This document shows positions 40,995-55,875 of a stretch of 64,000 nt of DNA, one piece after another. This DNA comes from Octopus vulgaris (Eukaryota), in the NCBI GenBank assembly GCA_951406725.2, contig OX597826.1:43586001-43650000 (forward strand), in the 5' to 3' direction. Made by a program: the position numbers and the translations under genes. Numbering within the stretch: the stretch's first letter is position 1; every line of letters starts with the position of its first letter. The notes below the pieces were generated by a model. The model ran no database searches. It worked only from the letters and a program-made list of their open reading frames with translations, and was not told the DNA's origin.

Positions 40995-42958
40995 TAACAA
41001 ATATTTATTGCAAATATACAATTAAGAAATTTGTTTTATTTAATTTTATTTGAAGTTAATAAATATCCTTCTTTTGAAAATTAATATTCATTCCGTAATT
41101 TTGTATAAGCAACAAAAAATTTGATCAAATTTAAATTATAATTATTGCATGTCATATTTCCATTGTGGCAAAAATTTATCTATCATAAAATGTCTTAGCC
41201 TGGAAGTATACCAGTTTGTTTCATAATACCTGATACTATCAATTCAATATTTTCATCGTTAGAAACGTAGTTTGGTCATACCTCTAACGTGTCTCCGATG
41301 TGTAGCTCAGAGTATACAAAACATTTCATTAATGATACATGCAGTCCAAGGATAAGTCGGCTTACTTAAACCTTTAAGTAAACAGCAGTTCGGAAGAAGT
41401 TCGTGACCAAAACATAAGTCAAGATCTTAAAATATTTAGTTTTACTATGTAAAGGATTTAGCTGTTAATTTAATCAGAGTAAAAAGAAAATTTTCCAGAA
41501 TGTGGACTTGAATTCCAAACATTATAGATTCCATTTATCGAACAGATAACATTAAACCAATTAATGAAGAACTAGCTTTTCAAACATTTCAATTATTGAA
41601 ATAACCTGTAGGATAGACAAATACTATTATTGCATTTTTTTCTTTCGATTTTGTATTCATTTAAATGTTTGTGCTTCTTCTATTAAACAATTGTACATCT
41701 AATTCTTTATTCGATTACTTATAAAAATAAAAAAAATAACAAAAAACATTTCTAAAGCCTTAGAATATCCATAATTCAGAATCTTTTTGTCTGCATTAGA
41801 AACTCGAAGACTAAAGTAAATACGAAATCTAGACAATACTCACAAATGGCTGAACGTAATCCGAAACTGATGCAGAAAGAAAATAACAAAAATAAAGCAA
41901 AATAAAAACAAAAGCAAAATCCCTGACGACTTCAACTAACGGCCATTATTACAATACTATCACTAATGGGAAACTCAAAACCAGATTTATTCGACGAAAG
42001 CTAGAAGACTATCTTCTTTAATGAATCTCTATGCATGTTCCTCACCAGAGCTGACATAGAAACGCAAAACAGCTTCTTATGTACAAAATAAACCCAGACA
42101 TTTTTATGGCTGCAAACATGGGAAGTATAATATTTATAACTGCAAAGAAAATAATCAGTGTATATGGATTTTATTCCAGCCTACACACGCCAGTTGTTTT
42201 ATTTTTTATTTTTTATTCTATCTTTTCTTGCTTACGTACATTTAATGTCTTAGATTAGAAAAAGGATAGAAGGAAAATAAGAGAAATGTTAAATTTTTTT
42301 TTCATAAGGAAGGCAAATTAATATATGTAAAATACTTGCGTTCAATTATCTTTTTTGCTTTCAAAGAATCATAATTGGATTGGGTTTGCTTCTGCAGTAA
42401 TTCATATAATTTTGGTTAGGTGCCAGATTTACGAAAGCGCAGAAATATCTTTTGCTCCTGAATTCTGAACAAGACTACAAGAAAGACCAAAAGATAAGGG
42501 TATCAAGTTTGCGTCATAACAAACAAAATCACACACACACACAGACACACACACACACTCACAAGCACGCGCGCGCACAAATGCATGCACACATTCCCGC
42601 TCACCAATATAATGCTGTTGATGGGGGCCTAAAAATCCTGATAAAATCGTAGAGGTCACATAATGTTACACGGAATGTCTTGGGCATTGTAAACCTACCT
42701 GAGTTCGCCCCTTTCCATGTCTGAGCGCAGCTGATTTCTTCCGGACAGATAAATTGAGATTAAGATTGAGAAAGAGAAAGCGGGAGAGGAGGGGGCGAGA
42801 GACGTGGGGGTGGGAAAGATAGAGATGAAGAAAGAGAGTGAGAGAGGATGGCAGAGAGACAGATAGAGATTAAGAGAGTGTTACACAGTAGATATATATA
42901 TATATATATATAGAGTGAGACAGACAGATGGATAGAAAGACAGAGAGAGTGAGGTAGC

Positions 42959-42990
<32 letters not shown>

Positions 42991-43617
42991 TGAGAAAGTG
43001 AGGGAGAAAGAGAGCGAGAAAGAAAGGGAAAGAGACCAGGAGATAGAGGAAAATTGCATCCAGTACTTGATTGGTTCTTTTAATACCGATCACGAAAGAA
43101 TGAAAATGTTGATATCGACAGGATTTGAACTCAGAAGGCAGGGTTTTGAACTCAGAACTGTCTTTCTATCTCTCTCCCTCTCCCTGACTCTTTCTCACAC
43201 ACACATACATAAACTCAAACACACACACACATGCATAAAATCGAATACATACTCGTTAACACGAATGGATGGACGTAAGGCCTAGTAAAATTAATATTTT
43301 CCTCGTTGTATAGGCAACACTATTAAAACACCAACATTGCTTGTGTAGTTATTAATTAGTTTAAAAACGTATTTTCAGATGTCTAAATTTATGATAGGTA
43401 CAATATTTCTTATATAATACCAAATTCGACGCGACAATTGTCTTTTATCGCTTTTCCCATTATTCCGTATTAATTCTCAGTCTGCAACTAATTTACAACA
43501 ATTTCCTGGTATTAATTCCTTTAAAACTTTTATTATCACTTCTGACGCTAGTACATATATTTTAGAGTTGCATTTTTTTTATATTTCATGGTATAGATAA
43601 GTATTTATAGTTAGATC

Positions 43618-43654
<37 letters not shown>

Positions 43655-43761
43655 ATGTGTGTGTGTGTGTATGTGTGTGTATGTGTGTATATATATGTAT
43701 ATATATATGTATATGTATATGTATATATATATATGTGTGTGTATGTGTATATATGTGTATA

Positions 43762-43840
<79 letters not shown>

Positions 43841-44363
43841 ACACACACATACAGACATATATACATACATACATATAGTTGTGTATAGTATTGTAGCTGG
43901 GAAAGTTCTTTCGTATGACATTTATAAGCCAATTTATGGACAAAAATATGAACGGAACATGTAAAAGTATGTATATATATGTATATATAAATGTATATAT
44001 ATATATATATATACATATATATATACATACATATATGAATATACATATATAAATATATATATATTTATATATGTGTGTGTGTGAGTATACCTATATGTAT
44101 TTATATATGTATATGTATATACATATATATATGAATATACATACATGCATACATACGCACAGACACAGACACATACACACACACACACACACACACATAT
44201 ACATGCATACTCTTTTACGCTCGAGCGTATATTTATTGGACTAAGAATAGTTGAAAGGTGAAAGATACAATTATTAAGAGTAGAGTGAGGTAGGTTAGGC
44301 CAGAGACTGGAGAAATGAATTGGATAGCAGGAAGGAAAATAAGACAGTGGCAGAGGAGGGAGG

Positions 44364-44425
<62 letters not shown>

Positions 44426-44507
44426 ATAAAGAGGGTTTGCAAAAGAAAGCAAGTGAGTAACAGGCAACGATTTAGAGAAGGTAAAAAATCCTGAAAAATA
44501 CAATATG

Positions 44508-44556
<49 letters not shown>

Positions 44557-45620
44557 TGTATCTATATATATATATAGAGAGAAAGAGAGACGGAGAGAGA
44601 GAGAGGGGGAGAGAGAGAAAGAGAAAGAGAAAGAGGTAGGGGTAGGGAGATTGAGGGAGAGTGAAAAAGCCAGAGCGTAGCAGAAATACGGAAGTTAGAA
44701 AAGATAAAGAAAACCTTCAGAAATACGACAATGTAGGAATATATATATATATAAATAAATGTGTTTGTGTGTGCGCGCGTGTGAGTTTGTGTGTGTGCGT
44801 GTGCGCGTGCATATGTATGGAGAGAGAGATAGAGAAGGGGAGAGAAGAGAGAGATAGAGAAAGAGCAAAGCGACAGAGAAGAAATAGATTGTGTAGGAGG
44901 GGATTAAATGTCTAAAAATAAAGGACAGTGAAGATGTCGGAAATAAGAGGTTTGAGAGAAGATTACAAACCTAATATAGGGTCTACCGTGGGAGATTGTG
45001 ATATCTTGCTAATTTTGATAATCCAATTTTATATAATAATGGTTGTGAAGCAAGTGAAAAGGAATTCACTAGCTTAGTGAACCTTGCCAAAATAGCGCAA
45101 CTGGAAACAGAAGACTAACTGGATTTCAAGTATGCAATTTAGATTCTTGATATCTTATCATAGAGCCACTGCTTGCAGCTCGAGGCAATTTAATAAACAC
45201 ATTTCATACAACCTTTTTATTTGGATCCTTTTGCAGGAATTATAAAAGTCATATATGTTTTTCTTTTTTTCTTTTTATTTTTTTTTTGTGGCGCTTGTTC
45301 TTGTGTGTTTTGTGTTGTTTTTTTGTTGTACTTTTTAAAAATATCTCTTGTTTACATCAGCTTTAAAATCGAATTATCGTATGGTATATCTGAGAATAGC
45401 AAGTTATCGAACGTCTTATAGGTGTAATTTCGATAATCAGCAACTTGAGGTCAGTACTCCATCATATACACTAACGCATTATCGTAAGACACGAAATTCT
45501 ACCCGTATATATATATATATTATATACTCACATACACAAGTATGTGTGTATATACCCATGCTTTTATGTACGTGTATACATACATACATACATGCATACA
45601 TAGATACATACATACATATA

Positions 45621-45685
<65 letters not shown>

Positions 45686-45972
45686 TGCTGGCCTGGGTGA
45701 GGCTTGACACACACACAAGCGAACACACACGCAGACACACGTAGACACACTCCTCACACAGACAGACGCAAACGCATGCGCACGTAAGGGTATACGTCTT
45801 AGAAGACCAGAATAGAATATGCGGAGCCAGAGCAAGCACGAAGACGAAAATTGTCGCAGAAGAGGTCACAGATGTGTGAAGAAAGATTTCCGGACAATGG
45901 ACATTGGTTAAAACAAAAGAAAAACTAATACACTAAGTAAGAACAAATATATATATATATATATATCTAATT

Positions 45973-46035
<63 letters not shown>

Positions 46036-46084
46036 TATATACACACATATATATGTATATATATACATATATACATATATATGT

Positions 46085-46175
<91 letters not shown>

Positions 46176-46407
46176 ATGATAAGTATACGAGAATAAATCA
46201 TCCAGGTTGGTATCATAAGGGCTCTCTGGTACAGTCCAGGTTACGGTCTATCCCGCAAGTACTAAGAAGCACCAAGAATCACTCAGTTTGAGCAATTTCA
46301 TTGTAATTCTTCTCATGGGCAAATCCGAATTCGCTTCGCACATACTCTATGCCGCAGAAACACGTGTCGGTCATTTTAACTAACTAATACGCAATTTAAT
46401 AAACAGA

Positions 46408-46570
46408 GGCGCAGCAGTGGCTGTGTGGTAAGTAGCTTGCTTACCAACCACATGGTTCTGGATTCAGTCCCACTGGGTGGCACTTTGGGCAAGTGTCTTC
46501 TACAGTAGCCTCGGGCCGACCAAAGCCTTGTGATTCGATTTGGCAAACGGAAACTGAAAGAAGCCCGTCA
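46408..46570 (+). mobile_element. SINE family A 5' half
   Basis: GGCGCAGCAGTGGCTGTGTGGTAAG...GAAAGAAGCCCGTC then (TA)n. Confidence 0.88.
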
Positions 46571-46718
46571 TATAATATATATATATATATATATATATAA
46601 TCAAAGCAATTAAGAATCAAGTAACTTCCAATGAATTTACTTGAATGTGGTACTTAACTTAGATGCACCCGAAAAACCATATGGTGTTATCCATACAGTA
46701 ATGTGGGGTGATTATAAA

Positions 46719-46970
46719 CGAGAAAGAAGCAACAAGAATGGAATGGATTTGGAAAACTATTTACAACCTATATCTGCCTCTAATGGAACTATCTCCAATA
46801 TTTCATGAGTATAACCTCACCCACTAAGATGTCTAGAGAACTCAAATGTATTTTAGCTGATGAGTACGGGACACTTTTATCTGCTGCAATTTTTGCAACT
46901 TGTAATAAAGCCTGTCTTTGTATGAAACAATTGTACTAAAAACCAATCCATTCTTGTTGCTTCTTTCTCG
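46719..46970 (+). mobile_element. Penelope-like or retrozyme-like unit bounded by perfect 24-bp inverted repeats
   Basis: CGAGAAAGAAGCAACAAGAATGGA (46719-46742) and its reverse complement (46947-46970); contains a hammerhead. Confidence 0.65.
46851..46941 (+). ncRNA. Type I hammerhead ribozyme with palindromic stem III
   Basis: Stem I TTTTAG/CTAAAA; core CTGATGA 46857-46863; long stem II; GAAAC-AATT-GTA with cleavage triplet GUA at 46933-46935. Confidence 0.8.
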
Positions 46971-47221
46971 TATATATATATATATATTATATATATATAT
47001 ATATATACATACATATATACATACATATATATGTATGTATATATATATATATGTATATATGTATATATATATGTATGTATATATGTATGTATATATATAT
47101 ATATGTATGTATATATATGTATCTATATATATGTATGTATGTGTGTGTATGTATATATATGTATATATATATATATATATATCTATATATGAATGTATAT
47201 ATATGTATGTATGTGTGTGTA

Positions 47222-47878
47222 AGAGAATTACTATGGATGAAAGTTGAGTTCATCACTACCAGCCTGAGACCAAAAAACAATTAAAGCAGTGGAAGCACGC
47301 ATCTTCTTCTACCCCAAAGAAGGCCAAGGTCATTCCTTTAGTATGCAAGATCATGGTGTCCACTTTTTGGGATTCTCAAGGTATCTTGCTGAGTGATTAC
47401 CTTGAAAAGGATCACACCGTGGCAGGGCAGTATTATTCTCAGCTACTGAAACACCTCCGAGAAGCAATCAAAGAAAAAAAATGACCTGAATGCTCACTAG
47501 AGTAGTCCTTTTTCATCACGACAATACTCCAGCCCAAGCCTCAGTGGTTGACATGGCAACAATTCGTGTTAGTGGATACGAACTTGTTTCCCATCTGCTT
47601 TATTCGCCAGATTTGCCCCCTCTGATTCTCGTCTATTCCCCCAAATGAAAAAAGCCCTGGCTGGTCACCATTTTGCCAGTGACAATGACGTCATAGTCGC
47701 TGTAGGAAGTTTCTTGGAGTCTCAAACAAAAGAGGTCTTCTACACCGGATAATGACGCTTCAGCACCGCTGGAGAAAGTGTGCAGCCTTCGAGGGGGAAT
47801 ATGTTTAAAAATAAATTATCAGAAGTCTTGTACTATGTTTTGTTTTTTTGAGGCTTAAGACATTTCATACAGCCCTCG
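47222..47878 (+). pseudogene. Mariner (DD34D-type) transposase pseudogene, catalytic domain plus 3' TIR
   Basis: [21 protein letters not shown]...FWDSQGILLSDYLEK...FHHDNTPA...YSPDL...LFPQMKKALAG...RWRKC..FEGEYV; ends CATACAGCCCTCG. Confidence 0.93.
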
Positions 47879-47892
47879 TGTATATATATATA

Positions 47893-47955
<63 letters not shown>

Positions 47956-48002
47956 GCATGTATGTATATATATATATACATGTATTTATATATATATATA
48001 TG

Positions 48003-48046
<44 letters not shown>

Positions 48047-48199
48047 AATTTCCACACGATAGCACGTGATCTCTGCCCTAGGCATTTAGCTTCAACCGTG
48101 TTTTTCTGACGTGAATTTGCTACCTAGGTATCGGTTAACCGAATTATCCATAATAAGATAATTCATTCAACTACTCAATTATATATATATATGTATATA

Positions 48200-48255
<56 letters not shown>

Positions 48256-48271
48256 TAGATAGATATAGATA

Positions 48272-48420
48272 TAACGACGGGCTTCTTCAATTTCCGTCTA
48301 CCAAATCCACTCACAAGGCTTTGATCGGTCCGAGGCTTTATTCGAACACACTCACCCAAGTTGCCACGCAGCGGGACTGAATTCTGAGCTATGTAGTTGG
48401 AAAGCAATCTTCTTACCGCG
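48272..48420 (-). mobile_element. SINE family A 5' half
   Basis: ACGACGGGCTTCTT...CCAAATCCACTCACAAGGCTTT...GCCACGCAGCGGGACTGAA. Confidence 0.8.
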
Positions 48421-49529
48421 TCAATTTTTAAGGACGAAGGCTTCAGATAACAATAACCGGATGGTAATATTTCCCATGATTATAATGAGCAGCTCTCTTG
48501 TTGTACATTCCCACACATATAAACACGCGTACATATGTATACAGCTATTGTTTTGTTTTACATTTTGTATTGTTTACTAATACGTTTGAATGGATAAAAG
48601 CCAGTTTCTCTCCTAATTAACTACTAGATTGTTCTCTTACTTGACTTTGTTCCGATGGAGTTGTGTATTGTAGCGCCAAAGCAGCTCTATAAGTCACCGA
48701 CCAAGGCCTTAGGTCAGATGTTGCAAGTTCATAAATGTAATCACTTCTCTAAGAAAAACAAAAACAAAAAATATATGTACACATATATAAAAAAAGAAGT
48801 AATAAATAAGTTTTCCTTGATAATAGTGACTAACATAGATGCTGATTCATTGATGGTCTATAAAAATGTTTTTCAATTCAACGATGTAGCATAAAAATAT
48901 TGTGGTGATTTTTTTCAAAGCTTCAGCGTATCATTAATACGAATTTATTCAAAGCTAGCATTCTATGGCAACACAAAGGCGTTATTATGTACCAAACAGC
49001 AGAGATTCATCAAAAACTACACAAAAGATTTTTACTTTGCAAATAAATACTGAAATAAAATTAATAATTTACGATTAATTTCAATCAAAGTCAGTTATGT
49101 TTCGTCCAAAATACAAACTGAACTCGACGAGGGAAGTGTGCAGTAGAATTATACTGAAATGGTGGTAGACGGAAACGATGATAAATATGAAGGAGAGAAG
49201 CGGAATAGGGACTGTAGTTCACTGAATGAGCTCATAATTTAGATTCGAGAGTGTTGCTTTCTTGGGAGATAATTCAGCATTCAGTTAATAAATCAATTCA
49301 CAGATAGACCTAACTTCATTAACATTTGTAAGTAGAGTCATGCCCACCATATATAGATATTTTATCGCACAAATATATTTCATTGGCTACACACAAACAC
49401 ACACATACACACACATACACGCACATACACATACACAAGTGCATAATAAAATCTTTATCTCTCTAGCTATAAAAATACCTTTCACAGTATCTCAAGAAAT
49501 ATATAAATATATCCCCGCATATGTACTTT

Positions 49530-49624
<95 letters not shown>

Positions 49625-49675
49625 TGTGTATGTAGATGTATATATTATATGTATATACACATGTATATCTATCTG

Positions 49676-49728
<53 letters not shown>

Positions 49729-49886
49729 AAATATATATATAAATGCCAGAATGTGTGTGTGTGTGTGTGTGTGTGTACGTGAATGTACTTTCTGCACGTC
49801 CACAAATTAGCACGCATGTTGCTCCAATTTTAGGAGGACATTGGCCACGACCATGGCTGTGCTTTTGTCAACTTATTTTCTCCTAG

Positions 49887-49934
49887 GCACCCCGGATAGC
49901 GGTAAAAATACCAATTTTCAAGTCGGTGAAATCC
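49887..49934 (+). other. Candidate 48-bp symmetric exon
   Basis: TTATTTTCTCCTAG| ... |GTAAGT; open in phase 0 and phase 1. Confidence 0.25.
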
Positions 49935-50627
49935 GTAAGTTTGCTAACATGAGTTAAGTTCCCTGTCTTATAGATTAATTCGCCCTACTACATTGCCTCC
50001 GAAAAAAAAAATAGATTTGGACTACCTAAGTAATCTCAGCATAGGAAAAGAGAAAGAGCTGAAGAGACTGACTATCAGCGGACCCATTAGTAAAATATTA
50101 TAACTTTTTGGGCCGAAACCTGGCAATCAGATCTTGCGGATATTCCGCTACAAAACATTCAATAATATCGAAGCAGTAACTTTCATAAATCAGGGTATAA
50201 TTTTTGAAGTATCATTCTAAACCCAGTGAAAGATGGGTATTTCTGCTAGCAATAAATATTTATCCCTGGCTGGGAATCCTCAGACGAATCCTACATTTCC
50301 TACAATAGTTCTGCACTCAGCATCCTGTACTCTAAAACATAGTGCTAAACAAATTATTCTCGATATTTTTCCGTTACTCCCGAACCTCACTCATTCTGTC
50401 GATCTGATAAAATGAAGGAGAGCTTAAGCTTGAAATGTCAATTCGCTTTCTATATATTTCTAAATATTTCATGCGTGTCAATTTCATAATTGCACTTTTT
50501 ACCCTTTACTGGGCTGTTATTTTCGTCGCAAATTTTGAATACTCACACACATACACACATATCTATGTTTGTGTGTGTGTCTCTTAATACTACACACACA
50601 CACACACGCACACACACTATAATTGTC

Positions 50628-50811
50628 ACTATAATTGTCATTATGTATGACAGAGGGTGTTAGAACACCTACAGTGCTAGGAATTGGCCGTTTGCAGTCG
50701 CTGTCAGTATGTATGCATACAATTGAGTGCGTTGACTGCAGCATCAAAGCACTCATTTCTAGCATTGTAGGTGTTCTAACACCCTCTGTCATATATAATG
50801 ACAATTATAGT
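50628..50811. repeat. Foldback element with 53-bp inverted arms (MITE-like)
   Basis: 50628-50680 vs 50759-50811, 51/53 complementary. Confidence 0.92.
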
Positions 50812-50855
50812 TTTTCTTTTTGGTGATACATTGCTAAACAGCTGCCTTATTTAAT

Positions 50856-50918
<63 letters not shown>

Positions 50919-50947
50919 GTCTGTCTGTCTATCTAACTATATACATC

Positions 50948-51005
<58 letters not shown>

Positions 51006-51799
51006 TATATATATATAGAGGGGTTTGCATGATTGTGTATAGAGGGATATATATTATTCAAAGGAATGCCAACTCTGTCTCTTTTTTATGTTTTATTTAT
51101 ATTCTTTATAATATTAATGTAGAATATAGAATATATAGTATAAATAGTATATATAGTGTAAAATGAAATGAAGTATTGATTGTCTTATTGAATAGATGAA
51201 ATATTGAATATCAAATATTAAGGGACTAGTATACTTTCTTGCATTAAAGCAGTCTTCAAGGTCCCAGGTTGTGACAGGAGTGTTTATATATATATATGTA
51301 CATGTATTTATACGTGCGAAAGTTTTGATCTGTTTTCTGGTAGAGGCGTTGCAGTTGTACCTATCTGAACATTGCTCGGATTGCTCGGGTAGAGACTATC
51401 TAGAACAACGTAGTTTCAGTGTTTTCTATTCGTTATGTAGGTGGAATGAAATCTAAGAGATATTTAGTTCCTGTTTCTAGCGGATCAGTTGGTTCTATGG
51501 AATTTTGTTCGTACGTGGAATTTCGTGTGTAAGTGTTGAACAAAGGGAGAAAGTCGGATCGAAAACAGTAGAAGATAAGATTAGAGAACAGAGAATGTGA
51601 AAGAGAGACAATAAATGAATTTACGAGAAAAAAACAAAACAGAAAGAAAGAATACTTAGATGTTTGAAAATCGGAGGTGAATGAAATATTTTGAAACGAG
51701 AAGGTTTTTTTTATGTTGCTCTGTATAATACCTCGTGTGAGATCTAAACACAATACGGTCTAATTTTACCCACTGTTGTTCAGAAGCAAATTAACTTAA

Positions 51800-52070
51800 T
51801 GTAAGCATGACCGAGTGGTTAGGAGGATAGCTTCAGCATCTTGAGATCGCAGGTTCGATCCCTGTAGGTGACTTATCTTGGGCCCGTGTCTTTTACTTCG
51901 TCTCATGAAGCCTTGTGAGGAAAATTCGATTAGGGGAAAATTATGTGGGAGTCTTTCAATGGATTGTGCCTCTGATTCTAAGGGCTGCATGTGTGGCACA
52001 TTGTGTCACTGTTCTGGATGTCATGCTACGAGTAAAAATGTATGCGCGTGTGTGAAGAATCCCATCCACT
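51800..52070 (+). mobile_element. Old tRNA-headed SINE
   Basis: TGACCGAGTGGTTAGG A box and GGTTCGATCCC B box. Confidence 0.65.
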
Positions 52071-52394
52071 GAAATTCAAAGACTAGGTGGCTTCGTTGAT
52101 CGAACAATTGAAATACACGTCGTCGAAGGTGGCGGAGATCCATTTCGTATATTTACAGGTCAACAGTGCATAATATTCTACTAAAGGACCATTGATCGCT
52201 CTCTTTTCATTACAAGAAATGACAAAGAAAAATAAAAACAACGAAAAAAGAAAGAAAAAGTAATGCAAATTTGAACTGCGAACGGAATGCATTAAATATT
52301 TTTTAATGAAAGAAATTTATAAAAACCAATCTTAAGTCAATGTATTTGTTCTGAGGAATAGGTAAAAATGTCAACGTCTCAAGTATCCATACTT

Positions 52395-52905
52395 TATAAA
52401 GAGAGAAGGTGAGGGAAGGAGGAAGTGGGGAGTGATAGAGGGAGGAGGGAGAAAGGGTGGAGAGGAAGGGAAAGGGAAAGAGAGAGTGAAGGGGGACAGA
52501 GAGGGAAGGAGATATAATTAGGTATGGAGAGAGGGAAGGAGAGAGAAAGGAGGAACAGAAGCGCAGAGAGAGAGAGAGAGAGAGTGAGAGAGAGAGACAG
52601 AGAGAGGAAAGGAAGAGAGAAATAGAAAGAGACAGAGAGTGGGAAAAAGACAGGGAAAGAGGGAAAGAGAGAAAGTGAGCGAGAGAGCGGAAGAAGAGAG
52701 AGAGTGATGGAGAAACAGAAGTGTAGAGAGAGCGAAGGAAGAGAGACAGAAGGATGTATAGAGAGAAAGGGAGAGAGAGAAAGGGAGAGTGAGTGAGGAA
52801 GAGACATAGGGACAGAAAGAGAGAGAGAGAGAGAGAGAGAGAAGAAAGGAAGAGAGAGACACAGAGGGAGAGCAAGAAAAGGGGGAGGCAGAGTGTGGGG
52901 AAAGT
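52395..52905. repeat. GA-rich polypurine tract (~500 bp)
   Basis: Direct reading; source of the S/L-rich ORFs. Confidence 0.93.
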
Positions 52906-53173
52906 AGCAAAATAAAAAACCTCAGCGCGTTGCAATAAAATAAACAGATTTTTTCCAACCGGCTACTTCCTGCTGACAGAGACCAATAAAGAATTCCTTG
53001 GATTCTAAGGTTTTGGATTGAAATAAAATATTTTTTAACTGAAGGAAAGCCCTCAAGACATTTACTTATTTTTATTTTTTACCAGTTTCTATCATTGGGT
53101 TGCGGCGATGCTGGGCCACTACCTTGCAAGTCTTTTTCTTTTTGGTTTGGTCGAACAAATCGACTCAAGTACT

Positions 53174-53944
<771 letters not shown>

Positions 53945-54114
53945 ATTATATATACTCCTAATTAGTCTTTCGGTGTATTTTACTAAACCGCTAATTTACG
54001 AGCACGTGAGCATATCAGCACTGTTGTGAAATGCGTTGGTACTTATGAAACTATAGATGCCAACGCACGAAACTCTCAGCCCTTGTGTCACTCTGTTGCT
54101 TCTGCTAAATATTA

Positions 54115-54400
54115 ACGCATAGCCAAGTGGTAAGGGCGTTGCACTGACGATCGCAAGATCGTGGTTTCAATCCCTAGACCGGATGGTGCGTTGTGTTCTT
54201 ATGCAAAGCACTTCGTCTCACATTGCTCTGCCATCATTTCGACAACTGACGTGTGGTACACCGTTCACGTGTTCATGCAACGTCGATTTGATGGAGAGTG
54301 TGAGATAATGTACTGCACAACCTGTTTATCATTATAAACAAATCATTTGCGCAGATCGTCTGACAAAAAAGCTGAATGCTCATTCGGTGTCTTCAATGAG
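54115..54400 (+). mobile_element. SINE family C variant
   Basis: TAGCCAAGTGGTAAGG...GATCGCAAGATCGTGGTTTCAATCCC...TTGTGTTCTT. Confidence 0.72.
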
Positions 54401-55212
54401 AGTCCATCACACACACACGCACACACACAAACACGCATTAAAAATAATGGTCATTGCATACTTTTCTTTTTATTGGAGCAAATTTGGCTTACAGTTGCTT
54501 CCGTACATTTTTCGCCTACCAAATTTAATCACAATGCACAGGGCGGCTGGGGCTAAAGGAGAAAATATTTGGCAAAGGTGCCGCGCACTTGTACTGATCT
54601 CGAAACCACGTGGTTGCGAAGCGAACTTCTTAACTTCACAGTCTGACTATTGTTCAATTTTGGAATTATGCATAATAAATAAGGAGATAATAAAAGCTTA
54701 GGAGTTACTGAAGAATTTCCATTAATGCCAGGAGATTATTCTAGTGGCTAAAAGAAGATAATCAGAAGGGATGGTCGGCACTATAGTATCGTGAAAATCT
54801 CCTTGTAGTCGCTTGACGTGCTAGAAATATCAGCCAAATATTCGTTTGATCAAACGCTGCTGTCTTACGTAAACACATGATGTACTGAAAACTTTGTAGA
54901 GCTCGATGTGTAATGAGGCTTGATGGTCAGGAATGGAACACCTTTCTCTATATGTTTAAATAATCAGGACTGATATGGAGCTATTTGCAGCAATAACTAG
55001 CATCGTCACTGTCACTACTATCACCACAACCACCACTATCACCTTCAAATCCATTACCACAAGCACCACCAACCTATCAACCTTGACTCCCCCACTCCCC
55101 CCACTGCTGTCTTCACTAACAACTCCACCTCCACTATTACCACAAACACCACTATCACAACAACAAAGCAGTTAGAATATAAATTCAACTAATGATATAC
55201 AGCTATCATCAT

Positions 55213-55392
55213 ACATTATTTACATTATTTACATTTGATGGATATTTGTCCTCATTTTGTTTGTTGTTAACACAACGTTTCGGATGATATATCCTCCAGC
55301 CTCCATCAGGTGTCTTGGGGAGATTTCGAACCCGGGTTCTCATTCCTAAGGTATTTTTCGATGTTGTTGTTGTTGTTGTTATTATTATTATA

Positions 55393-55457
<65 letters not shown>

Positions 55458-55785
55458 CTGCCTGGAATCGAACTCGGAATCTTGGTGCTAGTAGCCCGCG
55501 CTCTTAACCACTACGCCATATGCCCGTGGGCAATTATGGCTTATAAATCTAATATTTTCCTATTCTTCCTTAATACAGGTTCCCATATTCTTTTACTTAT
55601 CGTATTTTCCAGTGGTGTTCTCTGTGTATTATTTTAACTTCATCCCACAGGGGGAGGTGGTCTCCATTTTTCCATACATGGTTAGCTATACCCGATTTAT
55701 CAATATCTCCCCGTGCCACAGCTTTGCGATGTTCCTCTACCCTTATGTAAATAATGTACATAATTCCTCATCTCTTAAATATAGA
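55213..55785 (-). mobile_element. Composite retroelement: tRNA-like Pol III head, (AAT)n and mutated hammerhead, with 14-bp TSD
   Basis: ACAGCTATCATCAT at 55199-55212 and 55786-55799; A and B boxes at ~55460-55525; hammerhead-like fold at 55269-55314. Confidence 0.8.
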
Positions 55786-55875
55786 ACAGCTATCATCATG
55801 CTTGTAAGTTCAAATTCAACCACGGTCGACTGCATATTTCATCTATCCAGGGTCATTGATATAAAGGACACTTAA

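Noticed and set aside
54975-55175. Thr/Pro-rich mucin-like ORF
   Set aside because: Degenerate (ACC/ACT)n low-complexity tract without splice or domain support
55455-55530. tRNA gene
   Set aside because: A and B boxes are present but there is no complete acceptor stem, and it is embedded in a TSD-flanked element; treated as a SINE-type head like the others in the window
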